64,000 nucleotides of DNA from an uncultured archaeon (lineage in GTDB: Archaea > Thermoplasmatota > Penumbrarchaeia > JASLWR01): positions 1-64,000 of the forward strand of contig CAYFHS010000013.1 in the NCBI GenBank assembly GCA_964342815.1, given 5' to 3'. The translations under genes and the position numbers were made by a program. Each line of letters starts with the position of its first letter. Within the stretch, counting starts at the first letter, position 1. The notes beneath the pieces were generated by a model. That model had not been told where the DNA came from. It worked only from the letters and a program-made list of their open reading frames with translations, and did not search any database. This document shows, one piece after another, positions 8,915 to 19,900 of the stretch.

Positions 8915-11900
8915 ATGAAGGGGATAATATTTATGAAAAGAGAAAAAATTATCGGAATAGCTGTTCTAATTATGTTCTTCTGTCAGATATTACCCGTCAT
9001 TGGGGCTAGTGTCAGTTCCGCCCAGGAAAGCTCTCCGCCAATTCCTATGACAAGGGCTACACACAAAGTGAACGGGACTGGTGGGGGTGATTACACCTCT
9101 ATTCAGGCGGCAGTGGATGCCGCTGCATCAGGAGACGTGATCGAAGTTGATCCGGGAACCTACCGGGAAAACGTTCTCATTACCGAAAAATCTTTGACCA
9201 TCAGGGGGGCCGATCCAAGCACAACCATCATCGACGGCAGCGAGGTGGGGGTTGGGATAAACCTCATGAGCAGCAATAACCGCATAGAGAGCATTAGGGT
9301 CCGAAATTCCGAACACGGAATCAAGATAAGTTCCACCGAGAACAATATAATAACCGATTGTCATCTGGTTTACAACAGTTTTACCGGCATACGATTAAGC
9401 GGTGGCCGGTACAATACCATAACTGATTCCCTTTGCAGCAGGAATGAATACGGCATACGACTCTACGACAGCTGCGATGACAATACCATCAGCGGGAACC
9501 GCTGCGAGAACAATACTTTCGGTATTTACATACAAAATTCCGACAACAATACCATAACGGACAATATATGTAAGTACAACGAGGTGTCAACAAGAACCCG
9601 AGAAGTTTATTTCTCCGCGGGAATATACGCAAACGGAGACTGCCATTACAACTCGCTATCCTCGAACACATGTAGCTCCAACGGCGAGTACGGATTTTAT
9701 ATATACCAGTCGAACAGAAATACCATTGAAGAAAATATTTGCAAGAACAATAAAAATGACGGATTTTTTATCAGCAGTGCCAGTTATAACCTTATAGGTA
9801 ACAATACCGTTGAGAACAATGAAAGATACGGAATCCAAATATTCTATTCCCCGTCAAATGTTCTCAACTATAACGAACTTGTATCGAACGAAATTTACAG
9901 CATATACATCGATTCGTCCCCCTACTCAACATTGATCGATAACGAAATGACTGGGGGTGGCCTCTATCTGGCAGGGGATGATCTCGAGGATTGGAACACA
10001 CATGTCATTGAACAAACCAACACCGTGGAAGGCGATGCAGTCAAATATGTCAGGGACGCAAGCGATGAAGAGATTTCCGGTTTTACCTACGGAGAGGTGA
10101 TCCTTGCAAACTGTACCGGAATCACAGTGACCGACGTGGAATCGAATGGTGGAAGCATAGGTATCATTCTTGGATATTCATCGTACAACACCATCTCGGA
10201 GTGCAAGTTCAATTCCAACATCCATTACGGCGTTCTACTTTACGGAAAATCGGATTACAACATCATAGCCAACAATACATGCAATCAGAATCGGTATGGC
10301 ATCTACGTGAATGAATTTTGCCTCAGTAACGAGTTGAATGATAATACCTGCAACGATAATGAACTGGCGGGAATATTTGTGGCGGATAATTCCAATGACC
10401 AGACCCTTAACAGAAATTCCTGCAAAGATAATTACAACGGCATTGAAATCTCATCGGATTCTAACTCCATATACTCGAACACTTGCGAGGCAAATACAGC
10501 CGCGGGTATATTGTTCGACGAGGGTTCGAAAGGTAATCAGATCGAAGCCAATACCTGCAGCGAGAACCTGCACGGCATATATATGTCGAACACAGGCTCC
10601 AATAACCTTCTTTCGAACGTCTGCAGCAGCAACCTGGGGAAGGGAATCGCCCTATACACTGCCACAACCAGCACCCTTGCGGATAACCAGTGCAAACTCA
10701 ACCTGGAGGAAGGAATCTACGTGGGTTCGTTCCAGGATAAATCAACGAACATAATAATACAGGAAAATGATCTGGAAAATAACAGCTACGGCCTTATCCT
10801 GGTGGAATCGGACCACTGCATAGTGAATGATAACAGGTTCTACTCGAACATAAATGACGGGATGGTACTTTCGCATTCTGCAACGAATACTGTCACCAGG
10901 AACACTCTTTCCGGGAACGATATGTACGGGCTTAGATTCGGGGCTGTAAGTTCGGGTAATACCATCGAAAAAAACAATTTCCAGGACAACGGGAATTATG
11001 CCATCCTTCTGGACACCGGCAGCAACAATCTCATAAAATACAACAGGTTCTCTGATAATAACGGCGGTTCCAACCAGGCTTCTGATAACGGTTCAGGTAA
11101 CATCTGGGATGACGGTGCTGACAAGGGGAATTACTGGTCGGACCTTCGCTCCCCTGATGCAAATGGCGACGGAATCGTGGACGTACCATATAATATTGAC
11201 GGGAGCGCGGGTGAAAAGGATCACTTCCCCTTATTCCAATCCTTCGATATCTCGTCCCCTGTTGCCGATGCCGGGGAGGATGCCGAAATAGGGCAGGGAG
11301 ACGCATTCACCTTCGATGCATCCGGTTCCGGCGATGACAGGGGTATCGTCAACTATACCTGGACGTTCATCTACATGGGAGTCACCACAACCATCTATGG
11401 TACCGGCCCTTCCTTTGTATTCGATGAAATTGGAACCTACAAGATAACGCTGCGCGTATCGGATGCCGGTGAAAACTGGGGGGAGGATACTGTTACCGTA
11501 AAGGTCATCGACACAATACTACCGGTATTGGTCATCGACAGGGATATTACCGTTGACCAGGATAAGAACGCAACGCTTGACGGAAGCAAATGTTATGACA
11601 ATATAGGTATCGTTAACTACACCTGGAAATTCACATATAATAACGTGGAATATCTGCATTACACCAGCAAGATCTCATTTCTATTCGCCAATGTTGGTAC
11701 ATACGAGATAACGCTTATACTGACCGATGCGGCAGGCAACAGTGTCACCGGTATCATAAATCTTACCGCGAAAGACGTTATTCCTCCCAGGGCGAAAGCC
11801 GGAGAGGACCTTAATATCAAAATGGGAGATACCGTTCATTTCGACGGGGTGGGCAGCAGCGATCTGGTGGGAATAACAAATTATACATGGTCATTTTCCT

Positions 11901-12889
11901 ATAACGGCAGCACGAAGATATTGAAGGGTGTATCTCCGGATTTCACCTTTGATATACCGGGGAATTACACGGTGCTGCTTACTGTGAAGGATGCATCCGG
12001 TCAAACCGGCAACGACGAGCTTGTGGTAAACGTTATGGGAGAAGACGATCCGGATGATGATGACGATATTACTCCTGGCGATGATGATATTACTCCCAGT
12101 GATGATGATACCGAACCCGGAACCTCCAAAACAAAAGGCATCAGTTCGAACCTGCTAATAGGAATCGGAGCTGCGGTACTTGTGAGTGTGATTCTCATCG
12201 TGATTGTGATAATGGTCAAGAAAAAGAGTGCACAAAAAGCAAAGAGAAACGTAGAAAAATCCGAATACGAAAACCTTTACGGCGATACTGGCAGAAAACC
12301 TCAACGGAGAGGGCGAAAAGAGGAGATACCGGCAGTGGGAAGCACAGATGCACTGGACGATAGCTGGATGAAAGAGGTATTGGATTCGGAAGAGTATTCC
12401 GCTGCCTCCGATGTAAAAAAGGATGGAAAACGGTCGGTATCCAGGCGTCGGAAAGCCCCTGCCCATCGAGGGAGGCGCCAGGAGACGAAATATGAGATGA
12501 AACATCGCGGGAGGAACATGAAAAAGGTGCGGCGGGATGAGGGCGAAAGGGACGTTGAACAAGTTTCCAAGTTCGAGAAGAACGAGAAAGGCGGCGAAAG
12601 AATATCTGAAAGCAGGAAGAGGAGGGACATCGAAAAAGAACTCGACATGTATCATGGAGAGATGGATGAGGGGACAAGCAACGATGAAACAGCATGGGAT
12701 GATGACCTTGAGAAATCTTCCACATCATGGGATGATGGCGACGGCGATGAGGACGATACGGCTGAAGATGAGGTTAAGAAAGGGAAAGATGATTTCGAGT
12801 GGGCTGAGGATGAGGAGGAAAAGGAGGAGGTGGAAGAAAGGAAGGATATTGCCGGGTGGGATGATGAAGATGATGAGTGGGAGGTCTGA
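8915..12889 (+). CDS. Large membrane-anchored surface protein: NosD/CASH right-handed beta-helix, ~3 PKD domains, Asp-rich linker, TM helix, long charged cytoplasmic tail
   Basis: Signal peptide; GGGDYTSIQAAVDAA start; many GIxL/NNxI repeats; GNYWSD; PKD-like ADAGED...FDASGS...YTW repeats; DDDITP repeats; TM LLIGIGAAVLVSVILIVIVIMV. Confidence 0.85.
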   Translation: MKGIIFMKREKIIGIAVLIMFFCQILPVIGASVSSAQESSPPIPMTRATHKVNGTGGGDYTSIQAAVDAAASGDVIEVDPGTYRENVLITEKSLTIRGADPSTTIIDGSEVGVGINLMSSNNRIESIRVRNSEHGIKISSTENNIITDCHLVYNSFTGIRLSGGRYNTITDSLCSRNEYGIRLYDSCDDNTISGNRCENNTFGIYIQNSDNNTITDNICKYNEVSTRTREVYFSAGIYANGDCHYNSLSSNTCSSNGEYGFYIYQSNRNTIEENICKNNKNDGFFISSASYNLIGNNTVENNERYGIQIFYSPSNVLNYNELVSNEIYSIYIDSSPYSTLIDNEMTGGGLYLAGDDLEDWNTHVIEQTNTVEGDAVKYVRDASDEEISGFTYGEVILANCTGITVTDVESNGGSIGIILGYSSYNTISECKFNSNIHYGVLLYGKSDYNIIANNTCNQNRYGIYVNEFCLSNELNDNTCNDNELAGIFVADNSNDQTLNRNSCKDNYNGIEISSDSNSIYSNTCEANTAAGILFDEGSKGNQIEANTCSENLHGIYMSNTGSNNLLSNVCSSNLGKGIALYTATTSTLADNQCKLNLEEGIYVGSFQDKSTNIIIQENDLENNSYGLILVESDHCIVNDNRFYSNINDGMVLSHSATNTVTRNTLSGNDMYGLRFGAVSSGNTIEKNNFQDNGNYAILLDTGSNNLIKYNRFSDNNGGSNQASDNGSGNIWDDGADKGNYWSDLRSPDANGDGIVDVPYNIDGSAGEKDHFPLFQSFDISSPVADAGEDAEIGQGDAFTFDASGSGDDRGIVNYTWTFIYMGVTTTIYGTGPSFVFDEIGTYKITLRVSDAGENWGEDTVTVKVIDTILPVLVIDRDITVDQDKNATLDGSKCYDNIGIVNYTWKFTYNNVEYLHYTSKISFLFANVGTYEITLILTDAAGNSVTGIINLTAKDVIPPRAKAGEDLNIKMGDTVHFDGVGSSDLVGITNYTWSFSYNGSTKILKGVSPDFTFDIPGNYTVLLTVKDASGQTGNDELVVNVMGEDDPDDDDDITPGDDDITPSDDDTEPGTSKTKGISSNLLIGIGAAVLVSVILIVIVIMVKKKSAQKAKRNVEKSEYENLYGDTGRKPQRRGRKEEIPAVGSTDALDDSWMKEVLDSEEYSAASDVKKDGKRSVSRRRKAPAHRGRRQETKYEMKHRGRNMKKVRRDEGERDVEQVSKFEKNEKGGERISESRKRRDIEKELDMYHGEMDEGTSNDETAWDDDLEKSSTSWDDGDGDEDDTAEDEVKKGKDDFEWAEDEEEKEEVEERKDIAGWDDEDDEWEV

Positions 12890-12893
12890 GAAC

Positions 12894-13874
12894 ATGGTCA
12901 AAATTGGAGTTATGGGCACAGGTGTAATGGGTAGGAACCACGCTAGAGTAGCGGCCAATGCAGGTCTACTGAAAGCGGTATGCGATCTGGATGAAAAAGC
13001 AGCTCGAGACGTCGGTAAATGTTATGAGGTAAAGTCCTATACAGACCCCAAAGAGTTCTTTTCCGCCTCTGATATCAACGCTGTGATCATCGCAACTCCC
13101 ACCAGCACCCATTATCCAATGGGAAAACTGGCTCTCAGCGCAGGCAAACACCTTCTTCTGGAGAAACCCATTTGCTCCACAGTGGATGAGGCAAAAAATT
13201 TAATCGAACTTTCCCGAAGAAAAAACCTAGTGCTGTCTGTGGGCCTCATCGAGAGGCACAATCCGGTTGTTTCCTTCACAAGGGATCTACTGGAAAAAGG
13301 GACTCTTGGAGATGTTATTTCAATATGCGCCAGAAGGGTCTCTCAATATCCTGCCAGAATAAGGGATGTGGGCGTGATAATGGACCTGGGTATACACGAC
13401 ATCGATGTTCTTAGATATCTTGCCGGTGACGAGGTACAGACCGTCTATGCCCAGGCTGGAAGGAGCAGGCATGAAAAGTTCGAAGATCATGCCAATATTA
13501 TGCTGAAATACAGGTCAGGCATCATCGGCTACATTGAGACAAACTGGCTGACTCCCATGAGGGTCCGGAAGGTCTACATCACCGGCTCAAAGGCATTTGT
13601 CGTAATGGATTATATGGCCCAGTCCATAGAGATTTCAACCAGTTGCTATATTGACGGCGACACATCCGATCTCTATCATATGGGAGCCCAGTTTAATAAA
13701 AAGACCATTGACGTAAAGCATGAGGAGCCTCTTAAAAGAGAACTGAACGATTTTATCCATGCCATCGAAAACGGGTGCGACCCCTTTGTTACCGGGGAGG
13801 ACGGTTTGAGATCTCTGCAGATAGCTCAGGCTTGCCTCAAGTCATGTAATGAGGGGACTGCCATTGAACTGTGA
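12894..13874 (+). CDS. Gfo/Idh/MocA oxidoreductase, WbpB-like UDP-sugar 3-dehydrogenase
   Basis: MVKIGVMGTGVMGRNH Rossmann motif, EKP, MDLGIHDID; start ATG 12894 (track ORF extension from 12537 overlaps the upstream gene). Confidence 0.85.
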   Translation: MVKIGVMGTGVMGRNHARVAANAGLLKAVCDLDEKAARDVGKCYEVKSYTDPKEFFSASDINAVIIATPTSTHYPMGKLALSAGKHLLLEKPICSTVDEAKNLIELSRRKNLVLSVGLIERHNPVVSFTRDLLEKGTLGDVISICARRVSQYPARIRDVGVIMDLGIHDIDVLRYLAGDEVQTVYAQAGRSRHEKFEDHANIMLKYRSGIIGYIETNWLTPMRVRKVYITGSKAFVVMDYMAQSIEISTSCYIDGDTSDLYHMGAQFNKKTIDVKHEEPLKRELNDFIHAIENGCDPFVTGEDGLRSLQIAQACLKSCNEGTAIEL

Positions 13875-14014
13875 AGGCCATCACAAGTAATAAATCAACT
13901 ATTTCGTTAAAATTTTATTTCTTAAAATATTATTAATCAGTTGATTTTATAAATAGAGACATGCGGCAAAAACATAAAATAGTATTATAGGAGTTATTAA
14001 ATGGTTAGAGTAAA

Positions 14015-16963
14015 TTGGGGCCCATATCAATGTCCATCTCAAACAAATCCCAGGGTGAACAAATATTATTTACCGTCATTTCGATTATGTGTGCAATATT
14101 ATTATTTTCCCCCAACCTGCCGCTCTTGGATGATTCATCCCCGATTGAGAGTCCGTCACCTAAATCAAACGGTAAAGACGACCCTTCAGGCTCGCCACAC
14201 TTTCAAGCCGAGTCTGTTGGACTCGACTTTTCAAGCAAAGGTACAAAAGAAACCATCTCCACGGGAAATCTTGACAACGGTCCGATATCATCCAATGAAA
14301 GAGGGGGTCGACAAAATAACTATCTCTCTTCAAGATCAGGCGGTAACAAGTCCATAGGTGCATGGACTATTTTCTGGGACCCTGAATCGCATAAAAATAT
14401 CACAGCAAACGGCGACACATTCACCCATGTCTACCCTTACTGGTATACGATCAACCATGTGGGAAGCGTTTCGGCGACAGCCGATCCGGATAATGATTAC
14501 CTGAATAAGACCAGTACATATCATAAGCTCGGTTTGACAGTAATGCCAATACTGTACTCCGGTGATTATGAGACCTACACCTATATTATGGAAACCCCCG
14601 ATCTGAGAATTAGTCATATCCTGGAGATCCGTAATCTGGTAAATATAATGGGATTCGACGGTATCGAGATCAATTACGAAGCACTTCCTTATGCCGATCG
14701 TTTCTTGTTTGTATCTTTCATTGAAGATCTTGCCGCGGAACTGCATACGTACAATAAAACCCTATGTGTAACTCTCTATCCGCGAAGTACCGGGAATTTA
14801 AGCGGTCTGGCCTGCGATTCATATCTGTACGAACCGCTGGGAAACGCTTCGGATTATGTCAAATTAATGGCATACAATGAACATTGGTCCACACACCCCT
14901 ACGCCGGTCCTATTGCATCCTATCCCTGGGTCGAGGGGGTTGTAAAATACGCGGTTCAGACGATACCCCTGGAAAAAATAATTCTCGGGACGCCGACATA
15001 CGGATATGATTGGGCGGTGGATCCGTATGGGAAAACTGTAGAAATATCCCGCAATTACTCGTATAAAGATGCTGAACGAGTGCGGAAACAATATGGTGTA
15101 AAAAGATTATGGAACGTCAGTGGCAGGTGCCCGTATTACACCTATTTTGACGATTTTGGATATAACAAACTTCGAGAGGTACATTATTCCGATAACATGA
15201 GTTTTTCATATATACTCTATCTTGTCAACAAATACGATATTTTCGGAGTCTGTCTTTGGTATCTCGGTGGACACGATAGTAAAATAAATAAGATATTGGA
15301 AAAATGGAAATTATCGGATTATTCGAATCTCCCACCTCTCGCGCATACGGACACGGGCAGGTTTGCCCAGGTTGGCCAGCCGGTCTATTTCAATGATTCT
15401 CTTGCCCTGGATGTAGATGGAGCAGTATATAGAATTCAGTGGGATTTCGGTGACGGAAATACCTCTGAAAGACTAAATCCGATGCACATATACTATGAAA
15501 CTGGTTTGTATAGGGTCTCATTTGTCGTTGAGGATGACAGTGGGTTTTCAGACATTTGCATCGCTATTATCAAGGTTGGGCCGTATATCTATGCAGGCCC
15601 GGATATGGTAACGAATGAGGATGCCGAAACCATTTTTGATGGCTCCAGCTCATTTGACCAGGACGGAATAATCAGCTATAGTTGGGATTTCGGCGACGGA
15701 AACATAGCGTTCCATGGAGGCGCCCAAGTGTCCCATGTCTACGAAGATCCAGGTAATTATACGGTAAAGCTAACGGTCATAAACCGAACGGGATTTACCG
15801 CCTCGGATAACTGCACGGTATGGGTTCGTGACGTTACAGCACCAACCGCTCATGTAACGGAGCACCTGATAATAGGAAAAGGCCAAATTGCCTCATTTGA
15901 TGCCTCGGGATCGACTGATAACGGTAAGATCGTACGCTACAAATGGATTTTTGGCGACGGAAGCTCCGTGAATACTACCCAGCCATGGATCAATCACGTT
16001 TACCGGAAGATGGGCAATTATGACCTTTATGTGATGGTATATGATTCTGACGGTAACTGGGATTATGCCAAGGGATTCGTAATGGTGGTGGACGGCGATC
16101 CCCCCTCGATCAATGTCACATATATGTCAGTTGTTCCATACGGAACCACAGCATTCTTCAATGCAAGTGGAAGCACTGACAATATCAATATAACATCATA
16201 CAATTGGACATTCGGTGATGGGTCGGGACCGATAACAACACTGGATTCCGAGGTGGAACATTTCTACAGCGAACCTGGTGGATATTTTGTCACTCTCCAG
16301 ATCCTGGATGCCGTGGGAAACTGGAACAGCACCACTTTCAGTATCGTTGTGAAGGATGTGTTTCCCCCCAAGCCAGTTATTAACCTGTCTCTTTTGGAAG
16401 ACGGCAATATTACTGAACAATACGAATATCGAATCGAGAACCCCGATGCAGCAAATAAAACCGAAACGCAAGTATTAAGGGCGAAGATGAACCAAACGAT
16501 AATCTTCAACTGTTCGAAATCCAAAGACGATTTCGGAATTGTTAATTTCACCTGGGAAATCGGTGATGGTTCTATTTTCCATAACAAAACGTTCTATTTC
16601 GCCTATTCTATGGCGGGTGAGTATACAATAGTACTGTGGACGGCGGACGGGGGGAATAATATTGAGGAACTCGTTGTGCCTATCGTAATATTCGAACCTC
16701 TTCCAATAGTGGCGAACACTGACGGAAACGACGCAAATCTGAATAATAGCAATATAACCTATATTCCACGGAAAGGGATTAACGAAGCCCTGGTGATATC
16801 ATTCTGGATAATCTTCGGCATCGTTGTCATTATCATCATCTTGTTTGACGTAACCATTAACATCAGGGGATTGCACATCGAGAAGGAGATGGATTATTAT
16901 ATCCAGAAACGGGATACGGCAAAAAAAGGAGCTAAGGGGGATCTGAGAAAAAAGAAGATGTAA
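14015..16963 (+). CDS. GH18-family glycoside hydrolase (YaaH/YdhD-like) with ~5 PKD domains and C-terminal TM anchor
   Basis: FDGIEINYE catalytic strand, LMAYNEHW, EKIILGTPTYGYDW, repeated WDFGDG/WxFGDG PKD motifs, C-terminal hydrophobic helix and basic tail. Confidence 0.85.
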   Translation: MGPISMSISNKSQGEQILFTVISIMCAILLFSPNLPLLDDSSPIESPSPKSNGKDDPSGSPHFQAESVGLDFSSKGTKETISTGNLDNGPISSNERGGRQNNYLSSRSGGNKSIGAWTIFWDPESHKNITANGDTFTHVYPYWYTINHVGSVSATADPDNDYLNKTSTYHKLGLTVMPILYSGDYETYTYIMETPDLRISHILEIRNLVNIMGFDGIEINYEALPYADRFLFVSFIEDLAAELHTYNKTLCVTLYPRSTGNLSGLACDSYLYEPLGNASDYVKLMAYNEHWSTHPYAGPIASYPWVEGVVKYAVQTIPLEKIILGTPTYGYDWAVDPYGKTVEISRNYSYKDAERVRKQYGVKRLWNVSGRCPYYTYFDDFGYNKLREVHYSDNMSFSYILYLVNKYDIFGVCLWYLGGHDSKINKILEKWKLSDYSNLPPLAHTDTGRFAQVGQPVYFNDSLALDVDGAVYRIQWDFGDGNTSERLNPMHIYYETGLYRVSFVVEDDSGFSDICIAIIKVGPYIYAGPDMVTNEDAETIFDGSSSFDQDGIISYSWDFGDGNIAFHGGAQVSHVYEDPGNYTVKLTVINRTGFTASDNCTVWVRDVTAPTAHVTEHLIIGKGQIASFDASGSTDNGKIVRYKWIFGDGSSVNTTQPWINHVYRKMGNYDLYVMVYDSDGNWDYAKGFVMVVDGDPPSINVTYMSVVPYGTTAFFNASGSTDNINITSYNWTFGDGSGPITTLDSEVEHFYSEPGGYFVTLQILDAVGNWNSTTFSIVVKDVFPPKPVINLSLLEDGNITEQYEYRIENPDAANKTETQVLRAKMNQTIIFNCSKSKDDFGIVNFTWEIGDGSIFHNKTFYFAYSMAGEYTIVLWTADGGNNIEELVVPIVIFEPLPIVANTDGNDANLNNSNITYIPRKGINEALVISFWIIFGIVVIIIILFDVTINIRGLHIEKEMDYYIQKRDTAKKGAKGDLRKKKM

Positions 16964-16992
16964 CAATGAGTATCGGCAAAATACCATAAAAG

Positions 16993-19900
16993 GTGATTAA
17001 AATATATCGACAATACGGAGCTCGCGGGAAATATCTCATTATCGCTTCGGTGGCAATATTGCTGTTATCTGCTTCAATTATCGGTACGAATGTTGAACTA
17101 TTATCAATTGTTTGTCAGGAAAAAAGGGCCGAGAGAAACGAGGATATGCAGGCCAATCGTTTAATATCAGGTCAAAGAAATGAATTCATAGAATATAGAG
17201 GTATGTGGACAGTGGGTTACAGTATTGTTAATATGAGTAATATATTGGAATTGGTCAACTTCGCCCAGGACAATAATTTCAACGTGGTCAGCCCGCTGAT
17301 CAATGGGGACCGCAATGGTGTTTATTACAACTCCAAGTACCAACCAAAACATGTCGATGTGGACCCGGATTTCGACCCTCTTCTCAATCTGTGTATTGAA
17401 GCGCATAAAAGAGGTATCGAGGTACATGTCTGGATACATCCCCATGATAACATATGGGCCTTCCAGCAGCATCCCGAGTTCAGAGCAAATGGAGCGAACC
17501 GCTTCAATACGAACAGACCCGACGTCAGGGAATACATGGTCGATACCTTCATGGAGATGGCAAGTTATCCCATAGACGGTTTGAGAATGGACCACCTGTA
17601 CATTCCGGATTCCAACGATGCCTATACGAACCAGCTGTTTTTAGAATCCGGATACACATCCAGGAGCAAATGGAACTTCGACATGTTCACCGAAATGATA
17701 AGGATGTACAGGGAAAGATTGAACGAATACAAACCCGAGTTCTGGTTATCCATGGATGGTGGTCCGGGGAGAACCTGGATTAATGACGGTCTGATCGACT
17801 ACATCACTCCCATGATATACACCACTAGCACCTCTAGTTTCAGGTCCAGTATCAGAAGCAATGTGAACGGAGTAAATGGGAAACCGGTCATTGCCGGTCC
17901 ATATGTCTACTACCCCGGAAACACTGCTCACGGACGAGTGAATTCGGCGGAAGAGGGTAGAAACCTCCTCGTGGAGCAGATTCGAATAGCCTTTGATCAG
18001 GGGGCCGATGGCGTATGTCTTTTCAGGTACGAATTCCTCCGGGACAATCCATCTTTCGCCTGGGCCCTGAAAACTGGCCCATTTTCGTCGTATACACGAC
18101 CCCCCATCAAAGAGCAGACAGTTCCATCAAAACAGCGGCGGTGGGAGTTCAATGATCAAACACTTCGGGAAGGGTGGGAATTGTATCCCAGAAGGAACGA
18201 TTATCCTCTTTCCGGCCAGTGGAAAATCCATAATGCGGCGTCGGGAACACAAATTGTATCCCCTCTGGTAAATATAGCTCCGGGGAATGTGACCACACTG
18301 GAATTTCGGGCAAGGAATGACGGTGATTTACCAATCACTCTGAGCTTTGAATGGCGTAAAGGTAATAGTATGGTTCCGGACCCAGGCAACGAGCAGGTAA
18401 CCTTTACACTGCCTCCGGATAATGCATTCCACGTGTACAGTAAAAGATTGGATTCGGTGGAAGGTTGGCCTAAAAATACTTCAAGAAATCCTATCAATAT
18501 TTTAAATGTATCACGTATTCAATTTTCTATCATTTCAGGAAATGACCCGGGGACAATGCTGGCTTTTGACTACGTTAGATTATTGTCCGTCCCCATATGC
18601 CAGAAGGAATGGCTTTTGCTGGGACCTTTCCCCAATGTGGACTATGAACACGCCATTAATACGGATCATCTCCGTATAGATGTAAACCATTCTGATGATC
18701 TGAACATATCAATATGTCCAAAACCAGGTGACATTATATGCGGTCTCGAGTGGCAGTTGTTCGACACTCCGCGAGATTATATTGATTTTAAGGAAATCTA
18801 TCTGGACACCCCGTTCAATGTCATGTATGCATTTTCATATATTCTGGCCGAGAGCGGAGGTGACTGTAATTTGTTGGTGGGTGCTGATGACGGCGTCAAG
18901 GTTTGGATAAACGAAGAACTGGTACTGGAAGATGAAACCATTTCTATTAATTCTGAACCAAATGAATTTACAATACCGATTCACGTGAAAAGAGGCCTCA
19001 ACACGCTGCTGGTCAAAATTGCCCAGAAATCGGATGAATTTGGCTTCTTTATTCGAATAATTGATAAGGATAAACGATCCGCAGAAAATAATATCGCTTT
19101 CTATCCGGTTCTACCGGAAATACCCACACCCATACCGGATGATTTTCGGGAAGGGTGGAATGACACAACTCCTCCTTATTTCCGCTTCAACCTTGTAAAG
19201 GTGGATGACCCCGCCCCATTTTTCGATATTTCGACCTACTGGTGGGCAGTGGATTCTTCTGAACCGGAACGTATAATGGTGAGCGAGCAGGACCGGATGA
19301 ACGGATATCTAAACGTGTCCCTTTCCGAGCAGTCTGATGGCATTCATGTGTTTTCCGTTAAAGCTCAAGATGCATTCGGTAGAAACAGCACATGGGGAAA
19401 ACATGAGTTCTATATCGATCGTGCCACCCCTTCCTACAGTCCACCAATCCCCGATAGAACGATTATAACCCCTGCAGATTTCCAGATGGGTATGGCCCAC
19501 CTTGAATGGACATGGAACGCCACTGTCATACCTTCATCCGGTATCGCTAGAACGGAGTTAATGGTTGGGACAGCCCCAGGCAAAGCAGATATAGATAATA
19601 ATACGGTAAACGGAATTATTACCTCATATTCGTTTCCAATTATGACCGAACGGTATGAGTTTGTTTATTTGACCGTAGTACCTGTGAGCGGAGTCGGAAT
19701 AGAGGGGCCGATTTCGGCCTCCAGCGAGAGAGTGACGGTAGATTTCACCCCGCCTGAAAGGATCTCATCGCTGAAGGTGGAGGTTCAACTTTCTGCCGAC
19801 AAAAGGAGTGTGGAAGCCTATGTTATATCGTGGGAAAGTGTCCAGGACCGCGGCGTCGGTTCTGGAATAGACCATTACATTGTGGAATACAGAAGCCAGA

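Noticed and set aside
12040-12115. Short tandem repeats here and at 40125-40190, 52420-52530 and 53560-53700 as CRISPR arrays
   Set aside because: All are in-frame coding repeats without unique spacers; no cas genes in the window.
12840-12889. C-terminal DDEDDEWEV resembling the WASP/WAVE acidic Arp2/3-binding motif
   Set aside because: Low-complexity acidic tail with no WH2/central region; convergence is more likely than a eukaryotic signature.
13892-13947. 9-bp inverted repeat AAATCAACT/AGTTGATTT upstream of the GH18 gene
   Set aside because: Lies in very AT-rich promoter DNA, occurs once, and could be chance.
14015-15330. Classical chitinase call
   Set aside because: Catalytic strand is DGIEINYE rather than DxxDxDxE; it resembles the YaaH/YdhD subgroup, so substrate is left open.
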